Part shown: piece after piece, positions 42,474 through 51,833 of the stretch
How positions within the stretch are numbered: position 1 is the first letter of the stretch
How the letters are laid out: each line of letters starts with the position of its first letter
Source: Alphaproteobacteria bacterium
GTDB taxonomy: Bacteria; Pseudomonadota; Alphaproteobacteria; MPNO01
Assembly: GCA_965248835.1 (NCBI GenBank)
Contig: CBDFLJ010000002.1
Location: forward strand, 2,272,001 to 2,336,000
Reading direction: 5' to 3'
Length of the DNA stretch: 64,000 nt
Position numbers and translations under genes: made by a program
Notes under the pieces: model-generated
Seen by the model: only the letters and a program-made list of their open reading frames with translations
Databases searched by the model: none
Told to the model about the DNA's origin: nothing

Positions 42474-42740
42474 CGGAACCGCTGTGTTTGGCCCCGAAGA
42501 ACGGGGCCGACACGGTGCGCAAATGGGAAACCGGGCGGCTCGATCCGTCCGGACCCATCCCGCTGATCTACCGCGAGCTTCGCACCGGCTGGCGGCCCAG
42601 CCCATAGAGTCGGGGTTTGAGCGATAATCGCCCCTAGATCCGACGTGCACGACGCAGGAACGCCGAAGGAGCCCTTGTGGGGGTGTGTTGGGGTAGCGAA
42701 GCTCAATGTGGTCTCTCTTGACGCGGCGTGGACGCGCGGA

Positions 42741-43379
42741 TCAGGATACTGACCGAGAGTTGGCCTTTTGGTATTCGACCGGGCGTCGAGCAACCACGTT
42801 TCCTCCCGCATCGTGCACGATGTCGGCGAGCTGGCACTTCACTAGATGGCCAATCTTGACCTTGGCCTTCTCGGATGCGGCGTCTGTCAGTTCAGCGCTG
42901 TGCTGCCGCCTGGGGGGAGTGATGACTCTTACTGGTTTGGACAACTGGCTCTCCAGGACTCGTATCGCCGGCGCCAAATCGGAATCCTGAGAGATCAGCA
43001 GGGCGCGATCGTATTCGGCCTTGATAGCTCGCGAGAGCATCGCGACCGCTATGTTGACGTCAGTCTCCTTTTCCTCGTGCGCTTTCCATTGATGACCGCA
43101 CTTGAGGCACTTGCGGTCCTTCTCCTTGAATTTCCCGAGAATGACGGTGACACCCGCTGCTTGCAGTGCGCGCACATACGTCCGGTGTCTCCTATAGGCG
43201 CCGGGCAGCCAGGTGGCGTAGGCAGAAAAATAGTAGACATCGGTAAGCAACTGCGTGCGCCGGAGCACGAACGCATCGGATAGAGCCCACAGATCAAGCC
43301 ATTTCAGATGTGGTGCTCTGAGATTGAGAATGGCGTGATACAGGTTGAAGCCATCGATGAAGGCAGCTACGCGCTCCAC
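42741..43379 (-). CDS. NYN domain (LabA/DUF88, PIN-like) ribonuclease
   Basis: FIDGFNLYH, EEKETDVNIA and ISQDSDLAPA acidic motifs; CxxC insert (CLKC); GTG start at 43379. Confidence 0.9.
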   Translation of the reverse strand: MERVAAFIDGFNLYHAILNLRAPHLKWLDLWALSDAFVLRRTQLLTDVYYFSAYATWLPGAYRRHRTYVRALQAAGVTVILGKFKEKDRKCLKCGHQWKAHEEKETDVNIAVAMLSRAIKAEYDRALLISQDSDLAPAIRVLESQLSKPVRVITPPRRQHSAELTDAASEKAKVKIGHLVKCQLADIVHDAGGNVVARRPVEYQKANSRSVS

Positions 43380-43391
43380 AGCACTACTTCC

Positions 43392-43428
43392 AAAAAAGAG
43401 AAACCCCACGAGCCGGAACCCGTGGGGT
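43392..43428 (-). terminator. Intrinsic terminator just upstream of the NYN gene
   Basis: Minus strand ACCCCACGGG-ttccgg-CTCGTGGGGT, then TTCTCTTTTTT. Confidence 0.75.
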
Positions 43429-43460
43429 CCGCACGGCCGTACCGTGCGGGATGACCAGCG
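43392..43460 (-). ncRNA. Candidate two-hairpin small RNA or leader of the NYN gene
   Basis: Perfect 8-bp hairpin CCGCACGG-tacgg-CCGTGCGG abuts the terminator hairpin; AT-rich promoter-like stretch (TTGCCC...TACGAT) upstream. Confidence 0.45.
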
Positions 43461-43529
43461 TGTTTATCGTATATTTTTCCGATTTGGGCAAGGGGCCCCT
43501 TCAAACCTCCTAGCCTAGCTCTCCCCTAA

Positions 43530-43852
43530 GAGCGGTTCCGGGAAGTTGAGATTCACGAGCAAGGGCTTGGCCGGGTCAAGCGTCGCAGCATGATGCGGAT
43601 CATGGCGAGGTGGATGAAGGCGACGACAGACCGGACGTGGCGTTCGAAGTCGCGCGCCAGCCGGCGGCAGCGGACGATCCAGGCGAAGCTGCGCTCGACG
43701 ATCCAGCGCTTCGGCAGCACCTCGAAGCGCGGCACGTCGTTGCGCTTGACGATCTCCAGCCGCCAGGCGCCGGTCTTCGCCACCACGGCCGCCATCTTCG
43801 GTCCCTGGTAGCCGCCGTCGGCGTAGATCACCTCGATGAATGGAAAGCGGCC
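43530..43852 (-). mobile_element. 3' remnant of an IS5-family element related to 16872-17813
   Basis: FPFIEVIYADGGYQG...KRWIVERSFAW; end cttcccggaaccgctc. Confidence 0.85.
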
Positions 43853-43965
43853 GCGCGCAGTGCTCGCAGCCCACCATGAGCCGGCTGGAGAACGCGCCCT
43901 CGCGGATCGAGGTGGCGCGCATGACGGCCGCTCTGGTCGACATCTTCTGCCGCTCCTTCGCCCGC
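43853..43965 (+). pseudogene. IS1380-family transposase internal fragment
   Basis: CSQPTMSRLENAP...LVDIFCRSF. Confidence 0.65.
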
Positions 43966-44027
43966 CCCGCGAGCGGCCGATCGCCTGGATCTCGGCCCCC
44001 CTTTTCCGCATCCAGGCCGTCACGGCC

Positions 44028-44381
44028 TCACGCGGCGCGCGGCGCGACCTCGCGCTCGATCCTGCGGCGCACGGTGCGTTCGGCCACGTCGAGATCGTAG
44101 CGGGTCTGCAGGTTGATCCAGAAATCCGGCGTCGTGCCGAAGTAGCGCCCGAGCCTGAGCGCGGTATCGGTGGTGACGGCGCGGCGCCCGCGGACGACGT
44201 CGTTCAGCCGCGGCCGCGACACCTTGATCGCCTTGGCGAGGCCGTAGACGCTGATCTCCAGCGGGGCCAGGAACGCGTCGCGCAAGATCTCGCCCGGATG
44301 GACCGGCGGCAGGCGCCGTCCGGTTACGACGTCGGAGAAATCGACGTTGCGGCTGTCGATGTCCTCGCGCTTGATGGTCAT
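44028..44381 (-). CDS. higA: HigA-family antitoxin (XRE HTH)
   Basis: PVHPGEIL, TALRLGRYFGTTPDFWINLQ. Confidence 0.92.
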   Translation of the reverse strand: MTIKREDIDSRNVDFSDVVTGRRLPPVHPGEILRDAFLAPLEISVYGLAKAIKVSRPRLNDVVRGRRAVTTDTALRLGRYFGTTPDFWINLQTRYDLDVAERTVRRRIEREVAPRAA

Positions 44382-44392
44382 GGTCACGCTCC

Positions 44393-44674
44393 TCAATGAT
44401 AGTCGACGATCTCGACGTCCCAGGCCTCGCCGTCGCGCCACGTGAAACAGATGCGCCATTGATCGTTGACGCGGATGCCATGCCGGCCTTGGCGGTTGCC
44501 CCGCAGCGCTTCAAGCCGATTGCCTGGCGGCACGCGAAGATCGTCGAGTCGCCCGGCCGCATCGATCATCAGGAGCTTGGCCCTAGCCCGCCGCTGGATC
44601 TGCGCCGCCAAGCCGCGCACGGCGTACCCGGCGAATATGGCAGCGGTACGCTTGTCGGCGAAGCTTTTGATCAC
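44393..44674 (-). CDS. higB: HigB-family toxin (RelE/ParE fold)
   Basis: MIKSFADK, LRVPPGNRLEAL, IRVNDQWRICF, VEIVDYH; toxin precedes antitoxin. Confidence 0.92.
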   Translation of the reverse strand: MIKSFADKRTAAIFAGYAVRGLAAQIQRRARAKLLMIDAAGRLDDLRVPPGNRLEALRGNRQGRHGIRVNDQWRICFTWRDGEAWDVEIVDYH

Positions 44675-44837
44675 GCTTCATCGTAACGCCAACCATTACG
44701 CCGGTCAACGTTCTCGTATCGGAAGTCGGTACGTATCGGATATCGGTACGGTAGGAACCCACTTCGACACCGCTCACTGTACGACGGTCCCCTGGTCCAG
44801 AGACGACGAGGACTTCAAGAAAACAGTGATCGCCACA

Positions 44838-45080
44838 GAACTATGCCGAAAGTTGGTGATGGGCCGATCAGGCGGCGCGTTGGATTTGCTTGAGTCCGTC
44901 CTTGAACGTCACTCCCTGGATGAGCTTGGCGCGGTGGTTCGAGCCATCGAGCTTGCACCATTTCCGGCGGGCGCTCGACAGCAGCTTGAAGACCATGGCG
45001 AGCGCCGTTTTGCGCGACAGGCAGCCCTTGATCCCGGTGGTTCTCAGCCGCACCGTGGCGAAGGAACTTTCAATCGGATC
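44838..45080 (-). mobile_element. IS256-family 3' remnant
   Basis: PIESSFATVRLRT..KGCLSRKTALAMVFKL; terminal sequence ...caccaactttcggcatagttc. Confidence 0.78.
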
Positions 45081-45345
45081 ATCGAAACCCGGTCTGGATG
45101 CAAAACGAAACAACCCCTTCTTCATACATGGCGTATCCTTCCTTCTTGGATATCGGCGACCTCGACAATCGCCGGGGGCCGCCGCCTTCACATCACGCCG
45201 TCACCAGGATCCAGCCATAGCTCCGCGCGTCGCGCTTGCCGGGAGACGGCGGGTCATGGTACGCGGGCCACACGCGCGGACGATCCCGATCCGGCCCTGT
45301 TTCGCACGCTGGATGGACAGCGCGGACGGTGCGAAGGAGGAGGCC

Positions 45346-46704
45346 ATGTCAGCCGAGAAGACCTCGCGCGCCGCGCCGTCGTCTTCGGACGACGGCAACG
45401 GCCGGCCGGCCGACGCGCGCCAGCCCATAGCCGATTACCGCAGCCGGACCATCGGCAATCACACGCTGCATCCCGAGACCCAGATGATGCGCTACGGCTA
45501 CGCCCCGGAGCTTTCCGAGGGCGCGGTCAAGGCGCCGGTGTTTCTCACCTCGACATTCGTGTTCCAGAGCGCCGAGGAAGGCCGTGCGCTGTTCGACCTG
45601 ACCGCCGGGCGGAGCAAGCCCCGGCACAGCGACGAGTCCTCCCTGGTCTATTCCCGCTTCAACAACCCGAACTTCGAGATGCTCGAGGACCGCGTCGCGC
45701 TCTACGAGGGCGCCGAGGCCGCCTGTGCCTTCGCCAGCGGCATGGCGGCGATCTCGACGTTGTTCTGGGCGTTCCTCCGGCCGGGCGATGTCGTCCTCCA
45801 TTCGACACCGCTGTATGGCGGCACCGAAACGCTGATCCTGAACACGCTGACGGAATACGGCATCGTGTCGGTCTCCTGTGCGGACGCGATGGACCGCGCC
45901 GCGGTCATGGCCGCCGCCGACGCCGCGGCGGCCAAGGGTCCGGTTTCGCTGGTCTTCGCCGAAACGCCGGCCAACCCCACCAACAGCCTCGTCGATCTCG
46001 GCCTGTTCACCGAGGCGGTGAAGCGGATCGAGGCCGCACAAGGCAAGCGGCCGGTGTTCGCGGTCGACAACACGCTGCTGGGGCCGCTCTACCAGAAGCC
46101 GCTCGCCCACGGCGCCGATGTGGTCATCTACTCGCTCACCAAGTATGTCGGCGGTCACAGCGATCTGATCGCCGGCGGCGCCGCCGGCTGCCGGCCGATG
46201 ATCGACGCCATGCGCCGCATGCGCGGCGCGCTCGGCACGCAGCTCGATGCCCATAGCTGCTGGATGCTGCTCCGCTCGATCGAGACCCTCTCGCTGAGGA
46301 TGGACAAAGCGAGCCGCAACGCCGATGCCGTGGCACGGTTTCTCCGCGAACATCCCAAGGTCGAGGCGGTGAACCATCTCGGCCTGATCGACGAATCCGA
46401 CCCGCGGCACGCGGTCTACCGACGGCAATGCGAAGGCTCGGGCTCGACCTTCTCCTTCATCGTCACCGGCGGCGAGCGCGCGGCGTTCGACCTGCTCAAC
46501 AAGCTCCGCGTGATCAAGCTTGCCGTGAGCCTCGGCGGCACCGAGAGCCTCGCCTGCCATCCGGCATCGACGACCCATTCCGGCGTCGCCGAGGAGACCC
46601 GCCGCGCCATCGGCATCACGTCGGGCCTGGTCCGCCTGTCCGTCGGCATCGAGCACCCGGACGACCTGATTGCCGATCTCGACCTGGCGCTCGCCGCCCT
46701 CTGA
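45346..46704 (+). CDS. Cystathionine gamma-synthase/methionine gamma-lyase family PLP enzyme
   Basis: YSRFNNP, SGMAAI, ETPANP, DNT, YSLTKYVGGHSD, LAVSLGGTESL; RBS GGAGGAGG. Confidence 0.93.
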   Translation: MSAEKTSRAAPSSSDDGNGRPADARQPIADYRSRTIGNHTLHPETQMMRYGYAPELSEGAVKAPVFLTSTFVFQSAEEGRALFDLTAGRSKPRHSDESSLVYSRFNNPNFEMLEDRVALYEGAEAACAFASGMAAISTLFWAFLRPGDVVLHSTPLYGGTETLILNTLTEYGIVSVSCADAMDRAAVMAAADAAAAKGPVSLVFAETPANPTNSLVDLGLFTEAVKRIEAAQGKRPVFAVDNTLLGPLYQKPLAHGADVVIYSLTKYVGGHSDLIAGGAAGCRPMIDAMRRMRGALGTQLDAHSCWMLLRSIETLSLRMDKASRNADAVARFLREHPKVEAVNHLGLIDESDPRHAVYRRQCEGSGSTFSFIVTGGERAAFDLLNKLRVIKLAVSLGGTESLACHPASTTHSGVAEETRRAIGITSGLVRLSVGIEHPDDLIADLDLALAAL

Positions 46705-46766
46705 TCGGCGTCGACGGCGCGCCGCGCCCGGCCATTCCGGCCAGACGATCGCAGACGCCCCCGGCG

Positions 46767-46899
46767 TCGGCCGCCGCCCATCCCGTCCGCGCGATGACCC
46801 TGCGATGGCGACGGGTCGGCGCGCCCCTCACGACGGCGAAGGCCCGCTTCACCGTCCACCGTCTCCGATCGGCACGGCGCGCAACCCGAGCAAGGCGCT
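46767..46899 (+). repeat. 133-bp direct repeat, copy 1 (copy 2 at 50642-50774)
   Basis: tcggccgccgcccatcccg...caaggcgct, with a few substitutions. Confidence 0.9.
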
Positions 46900-46923
46900 G
46901 ATCTGAGCCGGCGCCCGTCGCGA

Positions 46924-48420
46924 TCAGCCGGCAAGCGGGAACGACCACGGGCTCGCCTCCTCGGCGGTCCGTTCGGCAACGTCCCAGTTCCGCCATCCGC
47001 CCCACAGCCGCTCGGCATCCTCTTGGCCGAACCGGTGGACTGCCGCCATGTCGACACCATCGACCCGGCCGCCCTCGACACGCGTGATCCCGTCGACAAT
47101 GACGGTATCGACGTCGTCGCCAACGCCGACGTCAACCAAGCTCTTGATCGGGTCGCGCACCGGACCGAAGCGCAACGTGCCGCGGCCGGAGATGTCGATA
47201 ATCGCAATATCGGCCTTGGCGCCCTGCGCGAGCCGGCCGAGATCGTCGCGGCCGAGGACGCGGCTGGCGTTGAGAGTGGCGGCCTCGAACACTTCGGCCG
47301 CCGTTGCCTCGAGGAAGCTCCCGCTCATGATTTTGCCGACCAACGAAGCGCACCGCATGTTCATGATCATGTCGCGCGGAAAGGTGTCGCTGCCGAGCGC
47401 GAGGTTGACGCCCGCCTTCTTGTAAGTTGCCCAGCTGTCGAGGCAGCGGCCCCGCCGGGCGAGGTTGATTGGGCAATGCGACACCGTCGCGCCGCCCTTG
47501 GCCATCAGCTCGAGGTCGCGCCCGGCCGGGTAGTTCATGCGCGGATTCTCGGCGACGAAATTGCCGTGCCCGATCAGCACGTCGGATGCGCAGAGCCCGA
47601 CCGAGTCCAGCAGCTCGATCGGTGTCATACCGTGCTCGGTCACGATCTGGAAGAACTCGACCACGTTGTACGCCGCGTGGATCGAAATCGGCACGCCGAG
47701 CGAGTCCGCCGCCTTGCGGGTCTCGCGCAGCAGCTCCAGGGACATCAATTCGGTGGTGAACGGGATCAGAATCCCGCGGATGCGCCCGTTGCCCGCGCCG
47801 GCGTGCTCGCCGATGAAGTCGATCGCTGCCTGCAACCCGCGTCGCCCCTTCTCCTCGTCCCAGGCGCGCACCAGACGGCCGTCTTTCTCGCCCACCCAGT
47901 CGGCGGAGGCGTAGGCCGGCGCCAGATAGGCGCGGATGCCGAGTCGCTCCGATTCGGCGAGCAGCGCCTCCTGCATCGGCAGCTGTGCGCCGAAATCCAT
48001 GAAGGTCGTCGTGCCGTTGCGCAGCAGCTCAGCGATCGTATACGTCGCCGCATCGATACGGCGCCGGCCGGCCACCTCGTCCTCGTCCGCCCGCTTGACC
48101 CAGTCGCCGGCATCGCCACCGTGGGGGCGGCCGCGGCGGGCCGGCAGGGTCTCGAAGAAGGGCTGGCCGAAATACTCGGGCCGCCCGGCATCGGTGATCA
48201 GCCGATGGGCGGCGCGGTGGCCGGAATGGATGTGCGTGTCGATGAAGCCGGGTGAAACCAGCTTGGAAGTCGCATCGATCTCGCGGTCGACGTGGCCGTC
48301 GTAGTCCGCGCCGACATGGACGATCGTTTCGTCCTCGTAGACCACCACCCCGTCACGGATCAGCGTATGTGTGGCACCGGAATGCCCAACCACCCAACCG
48401 CCACGAATGAGCGTCCGCAT
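46924..48420 (-). CDS. Amidohydrolase family protein (chlorohydrolase/deaminase-like)
   Basis: PGFIDTHIH, LLRNGTTT, IHAA, SHCP, LGSDT, GAKADI; start MRTLIRGG after RBS GGAG. Confidence 0.9.
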   Translation of the reverse strand: MRTLIRGGWVVGHSGATHTLIRDGVVVYEDETIVHVGADYDGHVDREIDATSKLVSPGFIDTHIHSGHRAAHRLITDAGRPEYFGQPFFETLPARRGRPHGGDAGDWVKRADEDEVAGRRRIDAATYTIAELLRNGTTTFMDFGAQLPMQEALLAESERLGIRAYLAPAYASADWVGEKDGRLVRAWDEEKGRRGLQAAIDFIGEHAGAGNGRIRGILIPFTTELMSLELLRETRKAADSLGVPISIHAAYNVVEFFQIVTEHGMTPIELLDSVGLCASDVLIGHGNFVAENPRMNYPAGRDLELMAKGGATVSHCPINLARRGRCLDSWATYKKAGVNLALGSDTFPRDMIMNMRCASLVGKIMSGSFLEATAAEVFEAATLNASRVLGRDDLGRLAQGAKADIAIIDISGRGTLRFGPVRDPIKSLVDVGVGDDVDTVIVDGITRVEGGRVDGVDMAAVHRFGQEDAERLWGGWRNWDVAERTAEEASPWSFPLAG

Positions 48421-48772
48421 TTGATTCTCCCTTGGCCGTCGCGTTCGCGTACGAGGCAGCGCCGAGATCGTTTGGTGCAACTCCCCCCGCTATCTCCTGC
48501 CCACGTCGAACTATGAACGCCTCGATCCAAACATGACAAGCCGACAACTGAAATAACTAATGTCAGGTTCGGACATTCCAGCGTCGGCTGTTCATACAAT
48601 TCCAGACGTTGAGCGGATGTCGCCGAACTTCGTTGATCAGGCAGGGTAGTCCCATCCGAGACACTGACGGCTATGACGAGTCCTAAAGGTAAGCCTAAAG
48701 GTTTAGGTGCTGACGATTATCCGTTTGAGAGATCATAGGCTTTGATCTTTTCCTAACGATTTACCAAGTCCG

Positions 48773-50043
48773 TCATCTGATTTTGCTAATCAGCTCCTTC
48801 TTGGTCTTCTCCAGTTCATCTTGAATGGCACCAACCACTAGTGGATAAAATCTAACAGACGATTCCCTTGTCCGAGCGTATGTGCGAGTCTGCGGGCATG
48901 CGCACAGGGATTACCTTCGAGGTTTGCGTCGCCGACCGTGCTCGTCTGGAAGCGGTCGTGGCGGACAGGAACAGCCCGCAGAAGCATGTCTGGCGGGCCG
49001 GGATCATTTTGGCCACGGCTGCCGGCGCGGGGACGGTCGAGATCATGCGCCGGACCGGGAAGTCGAAGCCTTGCGTCTGGCGGTGGCAGGAACGGTTCAT
49101 GGCCGAGGGCGTCGATGGCCTGCTGCGGGACAAGACCCGGCCTTCGCGCATTCCGCCGCTCGAACCCGGTGTCGCCTTGCGCATCGTCGATCTGACCCTG
49201 ACCGATCCGCCCGCCGAGGCGACCCACTGGACGGCCGCCATGATGGCCGGGAAGCTCGGCGTTTCCGTCTCTTCCGTGCAACGCATTTGGCGCGCCCACG
49301 GGCTCCAGCCTCATCGGGTGCGCCAGTTCAAGCTCTCCAAAGACGCCAACTTCGCCGACAAGCTGCGCGACGTTGTCGGGCTCTATGTCGACCCGCCCGC
49401 CCATGCCATCGTGCTCAGTGTCGACGAAAAGAGCCAGATCCAGGCCCTCGATCGCACGCAGCCCGGCCTGCCGCTAAAGAAGGGCCGCGCCGGAACGATG
49501 ACCCACGATTACAAGCGGCATGGCACGACCACGCTGTTCGCCGCCCTGAACGTCCTCGACGGCACGGTCATCGGCCGCAACATGCAGCGTCATCGCCATC
49601 AAGAATTCATCCGCTTCCTCAACACGGTCGAGGCCGGAACGCCCGCCGGCACGGTCATCCATGCCATTCTCGACAACTACGCCGTCCACAAGCACCCCAA
49701 GGTCCGACGCTGGCTCGACCGTCATCCGCGCTGGACCTTTCACTTCACACCGACTTCCTGTTCCTGGCTCAACGCCGTGGAAGGCTTCTTCGCAAAACTC
49801 GCCAAGCGCCGGCTCAAACGCGGCGTCTTCCACTCCGTCGTTGACCTTCAAGCCGCCATCAACCGTTTCGTCGCCGAGCATAACGCCAGCGAGGCCAAGC
49901 CATTTCGCTGGACCGCGGACCCGGACAAAATCATCTCCGCCGTCAAACGCGGGCATCAAGCGTTAGATTCCATCCACTAGGAGTTTCCTATAAGGGTCTT
50001 TCTCCTTCTCGTATTCTTGTATGAGTGTTTTTACCTTCGTCAT
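48773..50043 (-). pseudogene. 43-aa AT-rich ORF split by IS630
   Basis: Removing the IS at CTAG restores MTKVKTLIQEYEKEKDPYRKLLVVGAIQDELEKTKKELISKIR. Confidence 0.55.
48838..49980 (+). mobile_element. IS630-family element, single intact transposase (about 48898-49980)
   Basis: IRs ctagtggataaaatctaac / gttagattccatccactag; VDEKSQIQAL, ILDNY, SWLNAVEGFF. Confidence 0.94.
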
Positions 50044-50155
50044 ATTCGTATTTATGGTTTACTAAAAAGATAAAACTAACCGTTCCTTTCTAAACGCCCC
50101 TCTACTGGTCGCAACAAACATCTGTCCAGCTATTATTATGTAACAGTAATGATGG

Positions 50156-50443
50156 TTGATGATAACGGATGGACTGATGACTCGGTGGATTGAGAAGACA
50201 CACGACTCCCTTACTCCTGATTTGTTGAAGCCTGAATACCGTGCTGCGAATGAAAATAACCCTTTGTTTGGTCATTGTTATGTCGCATCTGAAAACTTGT
50301 TCCACTTGATGGATTCATCAGAGGTGAAGCCTTGTTGTGGTCGAGATGACGATGGAGCCGTTCATTGGTGGTTGGAATATCGGAAGTCTGGAAAACGGAT
50401 TGATGTTACAGCTGATCAGTATGTTTCTGTTGGAAAAACGTAA
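50156..50443 (+). pseudogene. AT-rich phage-like gene with Cys-His-Asp motif, cut by an IS66 end
   Basis: GHCYVASE...HWWL...IDVTADQY; the TAA comes from the IS66 terminal GTAAGCG at 50440. Confidence 0.55.
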
Positions 50444-50645
50444 GCGTCCGGCGTGACCGGCCTTGCGTGATCAGGCGTCAGCTTCGGGCTCTGTCGCCGG
50501 CGCGGTGTTCCATGGCAGCAGTTCGTCGATGCGGTTGATCTTGTAATCGGGGATGCGTTCGAGGACCTCGGCGAGCCAGGCCTGGGGGTCGACGTCGTTG
50601 AGCCTGGCGGTCTCGATCAGTGTGTAGGCGATGGCGGCAGCTCGG
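50440..50645 (-). mobile_element. IS66-family 3' remnant
   Basis: AAIAYTLIETARLNDVDPQAWL...IDELLPWN; terminal GTAAGCGTCC. Confidence 0.87.
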
Positions 50646-50774
50646 CCGCCGCCCATCCCGTCCGCGCGATGACCCTGCGATGGCAACGGGTCGGCGCGCC
50701 CCTCACGGCGGCGAAAACCCGCTTCACCGTCCACCGTCTCCGACCGGCACGGCGTGCAGCCCGGGCAAGGCGCT
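50642..50774 (+). repeat. 133-bp direct repeat, copy 2
   Basis: Matches 46767-46899. Confidence 0.9.
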
Positions 50775-50850
50775 TCCGCCTGCCGGGGCGTTGTTATAGG
50801 CTTCCGGAACGGCGGGCAGAGCGTATCCGGGAAAACACGACAGGGAGGGT

Positions 50851-51807
50851 ATGATGGGCAAATTCCTATCGACGGCATTGGCGGCGGCGGCGGTTGCGGC
50901 CGCGGCGCCCGCGCTGGCGGCCAGCATGATCATCGATCTCACGCATCCGATCCCGACCTTCCAGCCGATGGAAGGCGATCCGATGAAGCCGGATTTGAGC
51001 AAGCCGTGGCTCGACAGCAAGCCGATCCCCAGCTTCGGTCAGCAGGCGGTCTTTTCGCTGGGCCGGTTCCCCACCAACCAGGGGCATTTCGATCTTGGCC
51101 GGATCGTCCTGTCGGAGCATCACGGCACCCATCTCGACACGCCGGGTCACTACGTCAACAATGCCGGCTCCATGGAGGCGGCCGGGACGGCACCGGGCGA
51201 TCGCAAGAACGCCCATCAGCTGACCGCCGCCGACCTGGTCGGGCCGGCCGTGGTGATCGACATTAGCGGGCGGGTTCAAGCCGAGCTCGACAAGAACGGC
51301 GGCAAGCCGAGCCCCGACCGCGCGGTGACGGATTTCTCCAACGGCTCGGCCAACGTGGTGACCGCCGGCGACATCGACGCCGTGGCCGATCGTATCGGCG
51401 ATGGCGTCTTTCTCGTCCTCAACCTCGGCTGGTCGGGCTTCTACTTCCAGGGCACCGACTTCGCCAAGGACCCCTATATCAACGGCTGGAACCATCCGGG
51501 CATGAACAAGGAGGCCGTCGATCGCCTGATCGAGATCATGGAGTCCAAGGGCGTCCGCATCGCCGGCGTCATCGCCGACAATATCGGCATCGACAGCGGC
51601 CAGAGCGCCATCGGCGACGACGACAAGTGGACCAATTCCTGGCACGCCCATGTCCGTCTGTTGCAGCGCCGAGTGCTGTTCGTTGAGAACGCGACCAATC
51701 TGGGGCAGGTGGCGATGGCGAAGGACTGCACGATCGTCATCGGCGCACCGAAGCACGTGCGCGGCACCGGCGGGCCATCGCGGGTGATGGCGATCTGCAA
51801 CGGTTGA
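50851..51807 (+). CDS. Cyclase family (kynurenine formamidase-like) metallohydrolase with signal peptide
   Basis: IIDLTHPI, EHHGTHLDTPGH, HPG, VEN, GTGGPSRVMA; Ala-rich signal peptide. Confidence 0.88.
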   Translation: MMGKFLSTALAAAAVAAAAPALAASMIIDLTHPIPTFQPMEGDPMKPDLSKPWLDSKPIPSFGQQAVFSLGRFPTNQGHFDLGRIVLSEHHGTHLDTPGHYVNNAGSMEAAGTAPGDRKNAHQLTAADLVGPAVVIDISGRVQAELDKNGGKPSPDRAVTDFSNGSANVVTAGDIDAVADRIGDGVFLVLNLGWSGFYFQGTDFAKDPYINGWNHPGMNKEAVDRLIEIMESKGVRIAGVIADNIGIDSGQSAIGDDDKWTNSWHAHVRLLQRRVLFVENATNLGQVAMAKDCTIVIGAPKHVRGTGGPSRVMAICNG

Positions 51808-51833
51808 GCGCCTCGGGGCTGAGCGCCGCGGGC

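Noticed and set aside
44715-44755. Repetitive tatcgga/tcggtacg stretch upstream of higB
   Set aside because: Short and imperfect; could be an operator but cannot be distinguished from chance
44890-45345. N-terminal extensions of track ORFs (604-aa PLP lyase, 829-aa ThDP enzyme, 556-aa HsdS, 412-aa permease)
   Set aside because: The extensions run through IS remnants or neighbouring genes; internal starts give family-typical lengths
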